Source: Chrysomallon squamiferum (Eukaryota; Animalia; Mollusca). Taken from it: a stretch of DNA of 64,000 nt. The stretch is taken from NCBI GenBank assembly GCA_012295275.1, contig CM022670.1:12834001-12898000 (forward strand), in the 5' to 3' direction. A program made the translations under genes and the position numbers. The notes under the pieces were generated by a model, which saw only the letters and a program-made list of their open reading frames with translations, ran no database searches and had not been told where the DNA came from. This document shows, in pieces, positions 42,721 to 54,909 of this stretch; the first letter of the stretch is position 1; the number at the start of each line of letters is the position of its first letter.

Positions 42721-42810
42721 GCTTGCCGACGTATAGTTGAACTGTACGAAGACTTGCGAGATGGACATAACTTGATCTCACTGTTAGAAGTGCTTTCGCA
42801 TGACATTCTT
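42721..42810 (+). CDS. shot: Spectraplakin CH1 exon, 90 nt: [30 protein letters not shown]
   Basis: [19 protein letters not shown] is the plectin/dystonin/MACF1/Shot form of the CH1 motif. TTTTGTAG acceptor, GTAAGC donor, phase 0-0. Confidence 0.97.
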
Positions 42811-43049
42811 GTAAGCTATCCATCCTCTGTCAGTATCACTATAAATTAAATTGATTAAATTTGGATTTTTGTACACACTAATTTGACTACTAATTTTTAT
42901 TGGTATATATTTTTCATTAACATAAAATTAAATTAATCACATATTCATTCAACTGAGAAGTAGTAACATGTTTAAATTTTTAAATCTTTATTGTTTATAT
43001 GAATAATATTTTATACTTATTACATAATTTGTTTAAATTCATATTGCAG

Positions 43050-43127
43050 CCCAGAGAACGTGGACATATGAGATTCCACAAAATTCAGAATGTTCAGATT
43101 TGTTTGGATTTTCTCAAAATGAAAGGA
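43050..43127 (+). CDS. shot: Spectraplakin CH1 exon, 78 nt: PRERGHMRFHKIQNVQICLDFLKMKG
   Basis: Matches the family motif PREKGRMRFHKLQNVQIALDxL. TTGCAG acceptor, GTAAGC donor, phase 0-0. Confidence 0.97.
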
Positions 43128-43438
43128 GTAAGCTTTTTCTCTAATTGTACATTTTTTCTTTGTGTGTGAGTTTCTCTGTGTTTCTTTGTGTAATATAAAA
43201 TACTGATGAAAAAAAAAGAAGGAATCTTAATATTTTTATTTTAATATTTACTAGCAGTTCATATGTTATGTGAGATAGAGCTAGAGTGTTTATCTGAGAA
43301 AATAAATCAGTTTTGATTTATGCCTGTTTCTATAGCTATTGTTGTTTCTTTTTTTTTTTTAAATTTTATATTTACAAAGAGTTCTAACAGATATCAGTTA
43401 CAATGTCAAAACATTGTTGTTGTTTTTTTTTAATTCAG

Positions 43439-43531
43439 ATTCGTCTGGTAAACATTCGATCAGATGAAATTGTTGATGGAAACCCAAAACTAACTCTTGG
43501 ACTCATCTGGACAATTATACTTCATTTCCAG
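43439..43531 (+). CDS. shot: Spectraplakin CH1 exon, 93 nt: [31 protein letters not shown]
   Basis: Canonical CH1 end [24 protein letters not shown] acceptor, CAG|GTAAGT donor, phase 0-0. Confidence 0.98.
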
Positions 43532-45966
43532 GTAAGTGGTATTTCTGATGTCAGACCCAAACATGACTTTACCACAAAGTTTGGATAAATTCCAGAATAA
43601 CTGTGTGCTGGTGTATGCACATCCATACTTACACAATATATACACACACAAACATAAACAGATACACATACACAAAGCCAAATACAAATACATTATTTTT
43701 CAAGATATTGTAAATGGCCAACTATCTTTAAAGATGAATATATAATCAAATAGTTTGATGCTTTATTCCACATTGTTACTAACAGTGATTACCCCATCAT
43801 TTTTTTTTTTTGTTGCTGTTTTCACTTCATTTTGAGGTTGCTAATATTTGTTGATTTACAGCATTAACTAATCAGCATATTATTTACTTCAGGTGCATTC
43901 ATAGAGAGCAGCTTGAACAAACAGCCTTATAATGTTAGAATTTTATTAGTATAGTGACAGCTTGTAATAATTTTCATTGATTTAAAGAATTTTTTTGGCC
44001 AACAGAAATATTATAATTCAGACCTTGTTACATCTTTATGTCTTTTTATATTGCCACAAACTACCTCTTGTGAATGCATCTGCAAAGAAATTAACTATAT
44101 TTAATTTATTTTTTAACACAGCTTATTAAGATCTTTATCTTTATGAATATCAGTTTCAGCAGTCTATTATTATTAATAATTAATTTAGAATTTTTAGTAG
44201 TTACTTTAAGTTCTATTATCACTAAAAATGGCATGGATCTAAGAATTCTTAATTTTTACATTTTATTGTTATAAAAAATTAAAATGAATGAGAAAAGAAT
44301 TGTCATTGGGTGGAGGATATTGCAGAGATCTTAACCACAACTCTGGATTCATGCCTAATATGATATTAGATGAACATTAGAAACAGGGATGCCACTGGCC
44401 AAGGAGAAGTCAGATGATTATGAAACCATACTCTGATGGTAACCCTAAGTTAAAACTATATAAACAATGATAGGTGAGAGACTTGAATATCAGAGATGTC
44501 AGTATGTGGCCAAGTATCTGTTCTCACACTACAGTTGATTGTATTAGTTATGAAATATAAAAGTTGAAATGGCAGCGTATAACTATCACAGCAATAATAG
44601 CTTATGAAAGGTGGGATATGAGCCATATCTAATGGGCAACAGTCCAAATATAACTGTATGTATATAAAATTAAATGAAAGGCAGTTTCAGGAGAAAGCTG
44701 AATGGAGTGCACGAAGGGAAAAGTTGTTAGCTAGATGTTTTTTTTATAAGCGTGTAGTTAGGTGATTCACCAACATCTGGCAGATATTACTGACACACGA
44801 AACAGATGATGGGATCTTAGATGTTTTTGCCAAAGGAAAATGTGGATGATGGTCTTTTTTTTTCTTCATGTTAATGTTTTCATTCTTTTTTTAAACCTGG
44901 TACCTGAAGTCTCTGCATTGATTTTGATAGTCCCTAGGGCAAACAGCTGGCTAGTTGGGTTTTTCTTTTTTTTCTTTCTTCTTCTGTTCTTTAATGATTT
45001 ATTTTTCTATTTTCATTTCTTATAAAGCATTATGGTTGTGTTTTTATGATAATGTAAATGTATATATTCCTTGCAGTTACTTTTTTTGTGACCAAGCAAA
45101 GTTGTAATTTCTTTAAATCCTTTTATTTATTTTTTCTTTCAAAAGGGATTGTTTCTGTTTTTATCCTGATACAGCTATATTTACATCATTTTTATTTATT
45201 CTTAGGGTAAAAATGTTAGTCCATCAGTGTGTTTGTCTATATATATTTAATGTTTTTCATCACTGTAATTGGTTTTCTTGTTTTCTTATTAAATTTTCTT
45301 GTCTTTCTTTTCTTTTCCTTTTTTTTTTTTTTTTTACTTTATCACAGTATGATACCAGTTTTGGTTATGTGACTTAAGATCTTAGAGAAAAATATAATTC
45401 CTTTTTGCTAATTTTTTTTATTTATTTAGTTATATATAAAGAATCATTATGGACCTGTTTATACATTTTAACATGGTGGATAAATAGGAGTTCCATATCA
45501 TTTCTGTCATTGTTTTATTTACCAGATCGTTTTTTTATTTATTAGATGTCATGGTATGTGCTTTCCTTTCTTTGAGAAGGTGCATATAAAAAAACACCTC
45601 TTGTTGATATGAGGTTTTCTTCTGATACCATAATTCAAAATATTACAAGTTTCACACCTTGAAACCTTGATAATTGAAGGATACTTGTGTCAATGAACAT
45701 TCATTTATTTTATTATTTATGGTTGTTCATTCATTCATTCACTGACATTAGATTACTAGTAATAAGCTGAGATTGACATCAGTGATAGATTCTTGACACC
45801 TAGGCAGGTATTACATTACCTGATCTCTATTTACTTCTGACACTTACACATTCCATGTGTTCTGACTGAAGTGTTAGAATTATTACATTTTATGTTTCTT
45901 GTAGCATTTGATATTTGTCTTTAATTAAAAAACATATATTTATTTTCCTCTTCCCATCATTATTCT

Positions 45967-46012
<46 letters not shown>

Positions 46013-49000
46013 ATCTTTAATTATTTACAGTACAACAAGGAAACAAAGAAAAAAAGGAGTGTTAACTAACCTCGTCTGTTTCATTTGAAAATTCCTTCAA
46101 GTAATTGGAAACACATTTGAAACTGTCTGTGTAAATTGTTCACCTAAAAAAAAACCATTTGTACTTGAAAATTTCCTTAAGACACAACTGTAAAACATAA
46201 GAGAATATGGAAATGTTTGGTAATAGGGTGTTTTTTCATCAGGCCAATTTGTACACTTTGCCTTAGGGTGTTTTACATAGATATATTTATGACACTTAAA
46301 TATATTTTAATGGTTTCTTCTTTTTTCTCTCTTTTTTTTTAATTTTTAATTTTTTTTTTTTTTTTTGTGTGTGTGTTTATGTATGAATGTGTAATCTGTG
46401 ATTTTATTGTACTGTAAATATATATGTTGGATATACGATTCTTACTTCTCTCAAATCTTTTATGCACATTTTGTGATAATAAGCACAAATCCTAACTTTC
46501 ATAAAAGCAATTCATGCATTTTTTGGTGCATCACTAAAATGATAGATCTGTAAAGATGAAATAATAATAATAATAATAAAAATAAATAAATAGACCTAAT
46601 TAGCTCCTACCATTCTAACGAATATACAAATTTAATCAGAGATTATGCTGCTTTATTAACTTTACATACTGTTTAATTCTGTGGATGCAAATTACATTGT
46701 AAGTTGGCAGTAAGAAGTGGTGAAGCAGAGAAAACTTGGCAGAGTTTTGTGTTGTTTCAGTCAGCACTAGTTACAGAGATGTGCTGCAATGCTGTGATAC
46801 ACCTTGCCAAAACGGAACTCAAGCCATTCCATATGTAATCACCTGTAACAGTCAGATAATCTGTGTGATACCCACCTCTGCTGTTAGGTATGCACAACAT
46901 TGTCATATTGCTATAAACACTAACTTAATGAATTAATGTCATTTATTTAGGCTCAACAATAATTACAAATTGTTGCATTTCTGTTGTGTATAAAAGTTTT
47001 TTCAAACTTTACATTGCAATACTGTTTTGTACCAAAAAGCAGCAGCTGGAAAACAGATATGTCATGATCAGAATTTTTGTGCTAAAATGAAAGATACTGC
47101 TCACTCATGTGTATACCTGATCAGTTCAACTAAAGCATTGTTTCTCTGTCTGGCACAACAGATATTTGTGTTTACATGACCCTAGCTTCCCTAAGTAACC
47201 ACATCAGCTGTTATCTAATTAGTACTTAGCATGTTCCAGGTGTAAACACATCAAACATGTTTACCTTACAGACTGGCTGCACCAACCTCATGTTCTTGGA
47301 TTACACTGTTCTTAGAACATGGAGTTCCAGTCTTGTCTGGTTTATGATGACACAACAAAGGTCGAACAGAAGTTTAAATTACTTGGCAGACTAGTTTTTG
47401 CCTGTGCAGTTTAGATGCAGCTATGGTAAAACATTTGTCTGAAAGCTAGTCTTTTAACAAATGATTTCTGGGTGTAGCTCATAATCTTTTTAAGTGATGG
47501 TTCTATGACTTGTATATCCTGACTGTATCAGTGTATATTAAAAGACATTTTTTTCTTTTTTCCATCAAAAATATGAAACAAAACAAAGAAATTAATGTCT
47601 GATACAGACAGGGTTTTTAAATTTCAAAATAATTTCAAACATATCCATTTTGAAATTCCAGCATTTACCATTATAAGCAAAATATCTATTGCCAGTGCTT
47701 CCATAATGTTATTTTTCACCTGTATATATTTGTTATTGTAAGCAACTCACTTCCAGAACCCATCTGTTAATTAAGCCCACTTAGCTCTGCTTGAAACAAT
47801 TAACAGCTAGACAAACTTTCATATGTTAGCTGATCTTAGTGAGAGTTATTCAACTCTTTCCCCCACACCCGGGACACTGGTTTACATTCAGGAAGCTAAA
47901 GTTTATTTTGAAAACTTAAATACATGACAGGAAGAATCAAGGTTTATGAATAAAATCTTTCACCACTGATGTGATGAATATATTCTAAGTGAACATTTTA
48001 CTCATCATTTCAGATAGTGATGCATACACCCACATACAAAAACATAGAGATGCACTCTTAGAAAGATGCAGTATGCTTTGTACATACTTATACACACCTC
48101 ACAAAATATACACATACCACACACATTCACAAACCTATACAAGCATTTGCATGCATTACATCATCTATAAACCATATATTTACATGGATGTACTTTAAGA
48201 CAAAAAACAACTCTAGAATTATCTTAATTTTTACATTCTTTTCAAGATATACTTTGTAATAAAGACTGCAAGTTAGAGATAAGCATAGATTTTGTTTCTT
48301 TTTGCTAAATAGAAAATCTACATTTCACTTTTTTCTTTTTTAAGTTATTAATTATATTTGGTTAGTCATTTTAACATTAAAAACAAGATAAAATAAAATA
48401 AAAAATAAAAATGTTAATAATAAATAGATAATTTTAAAAAGTCATAAAGTTAAAGAGAAGATGCCAGTTTTAAGTTCTGCATGTTTATGTCAATCACGTC
48501 TTGCTGTAGCATTTTACAGTAGTATATCTTGCATTTTAAATCATCTGTGTAATCTTCAGTGTAACATTTTGACGTAGTATTAAATGTAGTAAGTCACTGA
48601 GTAAGATCTTGCAATAAAAAAATACTACAATACAGAAAATAGCCATGTAATAGCTCAGTGTAAAATTTTAAATTGAAATATTTAATTAAATCACTTTGAA
48701 ATGTTATGTTGTAACATGTAATGCATTGCAAACTAAAGTTAATTGTATAACTTCATTTACAGGATGAAAATTTCTGAAGAAGTAAAATGTATTAAAACTT
48801 GGGTGGTGTTTTAAAAATACTAATGCAGGTTGTTAACCAGAATAATAAAACCATTGTAATGGCTTGGGGAACATTTAATTTCACTGCCAGGTTGAACTGC
48901 ACTCATGATTTTCTATCCATTCCTTTTATGTTATCATCGAATTTACCTGAACTGTATCCAACAGTTAAAGAGGTGTTCTTTTTTCTAAATCTGATGCTAT

Positions 49001-50023
49001 CATATAAACTTGGTATTGTTCTAAGGTGGAGTCAGAGAAAGCTGTTTTTATGACCTATTGATTGTAGATGTACTCTAAAAATAATTATTTCTTTTTTTCT
49101 TCTTTTTTTGAAAACTTTTTCAGATAACAGACTTTCAGTCAGGATATTAGAAAATATTAAATGGAGAGAAAAAGAAAAATAATAACAATAATAAATAAAC
49201 AATATTCTTTTTTTTAAACAAAAGAATGAAAGAAAAAACACAAAATTTGATTGATTCTAGATGATAGTCATCTTGGTTTATTGTAAATCTTTCATCATTT
49301 TCTAGTGGAAGATATTTCAGCTTCAAACAAACTGATAAGTTTAGTGTTGTACTCTCTTTTTTTTTTAAAGCATATCCATGTAGACAAATAATTATTAGAA
49401 CTATTTTTCATGCAGATTAAAATACTTTTTTCTTTTTTTAAATACTCTGTATGACTCAGTGTCTGTATGGGTGTGTGTCTGACTCATCATCTTTATGTAT
49501 GTCTGAATCATTGGTTTTGTGTTTTTCTGATAGTGTATTTATGTAACTTATTACCTAAATCCTTCTCATTGTCTCTCTGTACATATGTTTGTCTGACTTA
49601 CTGTCTGTTGTATCACTGCCTAACTTGAGGATAAATTTGAAATGATAAGGTTCATTTTCTAGAGTAAATAACATTATACACCTCCAGCATTTTACTTTGA
49701 GGCGTTTTTCTTGATTTTCTTCTTTGTTTCTTGTTTTTTCTATATCTTTTCTTTTTTCTTTGTTTTTTCTTTTTTGTTTCACAAAATATTTCCCCATTTA
49801 GTTTTTCATTTCTTTTTTTTATGTTTTCTTAATTTAAACTTTTCTTCAGTTTTATTCTTGTTTTTAAATTTTGTTATTATTTATTTATTTATTTATTAAT
49901 TTTTTATTATTTTATTATTTATTTATTTATTTATTTATTGTGTATATCTTATTTCCAGTTAAAAATCAGTAATATTAAAAATGATAAATTAACACATTAA
50001 ACTAAAATTATTGTTAATATTTT

Positions 50024-50025
<2 letters not shown>

Positions 50026-50099
<74 letters not shown>
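50026..50099. repeat. (CA)n microsatellite
   Basis: Direct reading. Confidence 0.95.
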
Positions 50100-50100
<1 letters not shown>

Positions 50101-50789
50101 TCCACAAAATGCTTGCACAAAAAGCTTTAAGCTAAGCTAAACCTATAATATATAGAATCTTTTAACATTTAATACTGAAAACATAGCCAGAGTATGCCAG
50201 ACATTTTTAGTTGTAGTTGTAAAAGTCTCTGTGATGCAAGAAATAGCTGAAATAAAGAAAACTAATTTGAAGCTCATTGACTTTCAGAACTGTTATCACA
50301 AAATGCTAAAGAGTTTTCTTTCAAGTCAGGCAGTAAACAGTTAGTTGTGGCATTTGAAATTACTTGAATGACAGTTATTAACTTGTTCAGCTGTGTCATA
50401 AAGAGGAAATGATATTATCTGTTTTAAGCATACTAGTAGTAGTTTGATGAGCTCTGTAATAAATATGTTTTATATAATTCCAATTAATTTTTTGAAATCT
50501 TCTGTAATTCATGATATATATTTATAATGTTATGGATAATACTGAAGTTGATAGGTTGAAACCAACAAAAGTTCAGAACTGATAAAAGTTACTATTGAGC
50601 AAGATTGTGCAATGTCAAGGAATCAAAATTGATCATGTAAGACATTTTTAGATAAATAGTAAAAGAAAAGTCAGCTGCTTTCATACTTAGTTCTTATCTT
50701 TACCATGTTTTTTATTTCCACTTTATTTTTCTCTTTCATTTTTATTAATGTTTTTAGTCTTTCTTTTTCTGTGTAACTTTTCATCAACA

Positions 50790-50897
<108 letters not shown>

Positions 50898-53075
50898 GTT
50901 CCTTCTTTATAAAGTTCTGTCACTTCTGTTTGTAAGAACATAATTAAAAATGACAGAATATACTATTTTGTTGATAAATCAATCTCTACAGTGTCCCAAA
51001 TTAGAAAATCTAGAGAGATTTATCTTGTGTCAAACAAGTGGAACTGAAATGATCTGATTTATCCAAAAATACTACCAGATGGAACAAAAAAAAATAGCCA
51101 TATTAACACGACTGTTGATAAGTGAGTATAAAAAACAACAACCTATATGTCAGTAACTTAAGCAGATAAATAGATTTTGGTGCTAGAAGTTAGAACCATA
51201 AAATTGTGACTGCATCTCTGTGACTATTCATAGAAAATGCAAAAAAAAAAAAAAAAATAAGAATTAAAAAAGGATTTTTATTAAATCAGAACAAAAAAAC
51301 AAGTCAAAAAAGAATCCTACAGAAAAGAAAAGAAAACTTCAGAAGGAAAAAAAAGGTAAACAGTCTGAGGTTTGACATTTCATTTTGTTACCCTTGGCCC
51401 AAAGTCTTGGGTTCAAGTAAGCAAAGATTGTCATGGGTTTCCTTGCTATTTATTTTCCTTCCATTACTGTGATTGGCAGGTGTGTCTTGGAATCACAGGT
51501 AGAGTTTGTAAAGTGCTGTTACAGATCAGACATTGGTGCCAGAGGATGGCTCCAGGAGCCTGTGATGTGATGGGTTCCTACAGAGAACAGTGTAGACTAA
51601 TTTGTACAGTTGTTTGCAGTTTATCTGATATGCAGTTTGTCTGTGTTTCATGGCTTTATTAGTTGTACAGGTTTATTTACACTTCTATTTTTACAAAACT
51701 AAATTTAAGAAAAGCCATCATTTAATCTAAAACAAAACAAAAATGACTGGAGTACCCAGCAAAGAAATAACCAATAGTAATTGTTGTTAAGAATGATTTG
51801 TGAGTGTATGTAAATGTATTCTTGTATGAGGATCTATTCTTGTATAAATGAATATTTGTGTAACAAAATCTCTTAAAACATTTGTTACTGATATATAATG
51901 ATGATACAAGAAAGAGCCTGCTGCTGCCATTTGATTATTATTAATTAACAACAGGAAAGCATACCTTTGATCTTTGATAAGCAGCCATGGGGTAAAAGGA
52001 TAGTTTAGTGGGTATAACCAAGATGAATTGTGATTGATCAATTTTCTGCATAAATGAAAATGTATTTCCGCTACCTTTTGACATTATTAAAATAATATAT
52101 TTGTTGTTAATTGGTATTAATTTCATTTTATTTGACTTCATGACACCAATAAACCCATATTTCTAACAGGCCAAGCTTTTACTTGGGACGTTTCTATTTT
52201 TTTTTTCATTTATCCTGTTTAAATGTTGTTTTCATTACACATCTTTGAAATAGATTATATAACATTCATATAAATGTTTACTTTGATAGTGACAGAAACA
52301 TTTCTGCCCATCCTTATCAGTGTTGCTAACATGACAAGTTTTAAATATCACTTGACTTGTTTGGTATGTGTTTCTCCCCATGCCTCTAATGTCTTTTTTC
52401 ATCTCTGCCCTTTCTTACATATTCACTTTTCTTGTGTGCTGCTAAATATTCACCCATGACCTTTAACACATGATGAGGTAAAGCTGAAGATTCCTGCAAA
52501 ATACATCTTTGATTTTTTATTTTTTATTTTTGTTTTTTTGTACTTAGCAGTACTTGTTTTGCTACACTGTTACAGCTTGCAAGATCAATCCTTGGTACAC
52601 CTAACCAGTTATCTCAGATGCATTTGACTGATGAATCAGACTCTTTGGGTGTGCTTTCTTATCTCACAGAAAAAATTACATACATTCTTACTTATCAGTA
52701 AGAAACATCCTTTATAAGATTAGGTTTCTTCTCTCATACTGTCATTTTAAACTATGATTTTGATCTAGTCATTTATGATTTGTTATAGTAATAAATAAAG
52801 AAAGAAAAAAAGAAAAGAAATTAAGAAGAAAGTTAATTGCCAATTAAAATTAGATTTGTTATTTTCATGATGATTATGGTTATTTCTCATTTAGCCATCT
52901 AATTAACAGGCCTTATTGTCTGGTTTTGTTTTTATTATCAGATTTCATTAAACAAAACAAGGAGCCAAAACACAAAACCTTCTAAATTTGACATTTTTCT
53001 TTTCATTATTCACCCAGCCGTCTTCACTTCAAGTAATCTTTGTATAATTAAGATGTCCTAAAGTCTTAACACTCT

Positions 53076-53432
53076 TCAGACTTCAGAAATGTTTCTCATT
53101 CTTGTACAAATATGCTGTCCTCAACAGCCATCAACATAATTAACATTATTGGTACTGATAGGTTCTTTGGGATCTGTGCATGTAACTTCTGTTTTCAGAA
53201 TGTCACTTCCTTGATGCTGGGGGTGATTCCAACTGCATCTTAGTACATCTGGAACCACATTGGCAGGCTTCAGTTCATGGTTCACTTCATCTAGGAATTG
53301 TCAAATATGCTCTGTACATTTTTCTTTTTGTAATTCCTGGTTCATTGGACTAGTATTTGGGTCTTCTGTCATTTCAGTTTTTGTTTGGTTTGCCCATCTT
53401 TGAAATGTTGTGACTTGTTCAACATCTCATTG
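53076..53432 (-). pseudogene. Decayed antisense coding-like relic of unknown origin
   Basis: One minus-strand frame of about 118 codons of complex sequence whose only stops are TGA. No homology recognised. Confidence 0.3.
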
Positions 53433-54795
53433 TTGAGTTTTTGTACTGTATTGATTTGTCAGTGTACAGATAACTTTTTCTCTGATAATTTATGTTAATA
53501 AAAATATATGGAACAATCTTTTAATAATAATAATAAATATTTAAATATTTTGATCATATAACCAGCATTTCAATTTAATTTTTAAGGGGTTGAAGTCATC
53601 TGCCATTAAAGGTTAACAGCAGAGATGATTCCTTGTTAACTTTTTTACATAATATTTTGAAAAAAGAAAAAAAAAATAGGCTGTGAACTTAAACAGATAT
53701 ATAAATTAAGGTATCCTAAAACATTATTTAAATTTTTTTTTAAATGACAATAATGTACATACTTGAATAAATAAATTTTCTCTGAAAATACACAAAATAA
53801 TTTTCAGTATTAATAATTGGATGGACATGTTAATGTGACCCCCCAAAAAAAAAAAAACAACAGAAAACACACCCATATTTTAGTATGTTAATGCAAACAC
53901 TTGCAAAAATAATAAGAAATAGTAAAGAAAAAGAAGCATTGTTGTTTATGTACTGTAAACTGTTTACAAGAATAATATTTATGATAGAATTATTGGTGAA
54001 GAATGTAGCAATTAACCCTCAGTATTTTTATCTTGGCACCACCTGATAAAATGCTGAAGTAACAACTGATTGGAACCTGGTACTTATCTATATCTCTGTT
54101 ACCCTGCTGCCTGTGAATACAATGATGGTGTATACACACATACACACACCAGTCAGTCAGTACCTTTCTCTAGAGCTCACCACAGATAATAGGTTCCTTG
54201 ATAACCCATGCCCATGTCAGAGTGACTGGCATTGTACAGCTTGGTTTGTACAGCTGGATGTAAAGAACTAGTGGTGTACAATTTGATATGTGCAAACAGA
54301 TTTAAACATCTCATGATGTACAGTTAGTGATGTACAGTCTGCAATGTACACCTTTGTAAGTACAGTTGGAGATAAACAAGCAGATTATAAACAACCTTTG
54401 TGAAATGGACAACAACATATTGTGCTGATGTTATTATTCCAAAATTTTGGAAGAGATTCAAAACAATGTTTGTTCCTTTTGCCTACCTGGTTTCCATGGT
54501 TTTTAGGGCAGTTATTGATATTATGTTCCTGACATTGAAATATCCTCTGTGGATAAGTTCTTCACAGGGCAGGTGTAAACTGTTTGTTTGATTTTGTTCA
54601 AAGAGCAGTAGGTATTGGTTGAGTCAGTGGTGTGTTGCAGATCACTTCTGTGTCGGAGATCAGTTTTTTTGTTTCTGATCAGTGGTGGAAGATCTATTCT
54701 GTGTTAGAAATCATTTGTGCCAATCTGTTTTTGCATTAGAAATTGTGGGATTTGGAAGTTCATTTTTTTTTTTTTGATTTCCTTTTGTTGTTGCG

Positions 54796-54909
54796 ATGGC
54801 TAGTGACAAAAAGAAATTAGTGGATCGAGAGTTAATCAAACAGACAGCGTCGAGATTATCTAAAATATCCTCCAGGATGAAATATCGGATAATGATGTCA
54901 AACTATAAG
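54796..54909 (+). CDS. shot: Candidate alternative first coding exon C for a CH1-less isoform (MASDKKKLVDRELIKQTASRLSKISSRMKYRIMMSNYK)
   Basis: Strong start context GCGATGG, 38 open codons, phase-0 donor AAG|GTAGGT (same phase as the HFQ donor). Local CpG cluster in an otherwise CpG-poor intron, with TGAGTCA and TCAGT motifs near 54620. Confidence 0.68.

Noticed and set aside
42811-43049. Equivalent of plectin exon 3-alpha
   Set aside because: No plausible frame-preserving AG...GT segment in this 239-nt intron.
17011-43531. Assignment to beta-spectrin, alpha-actinin, dystrophin, filamin or nesprin
   Set aside because: [32 protein letters not shown] and [19 protein letters not shown] together fit the plectin/dystonin/MACF1/Shot group best. 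Downstream plakin and GAR domains are outside the window and so unverified.
43403-43588. 61-aa ORF as a stand-alone gene
   Set aside because: Only 43439-43531 is exonic. The rest is intron read in frame.
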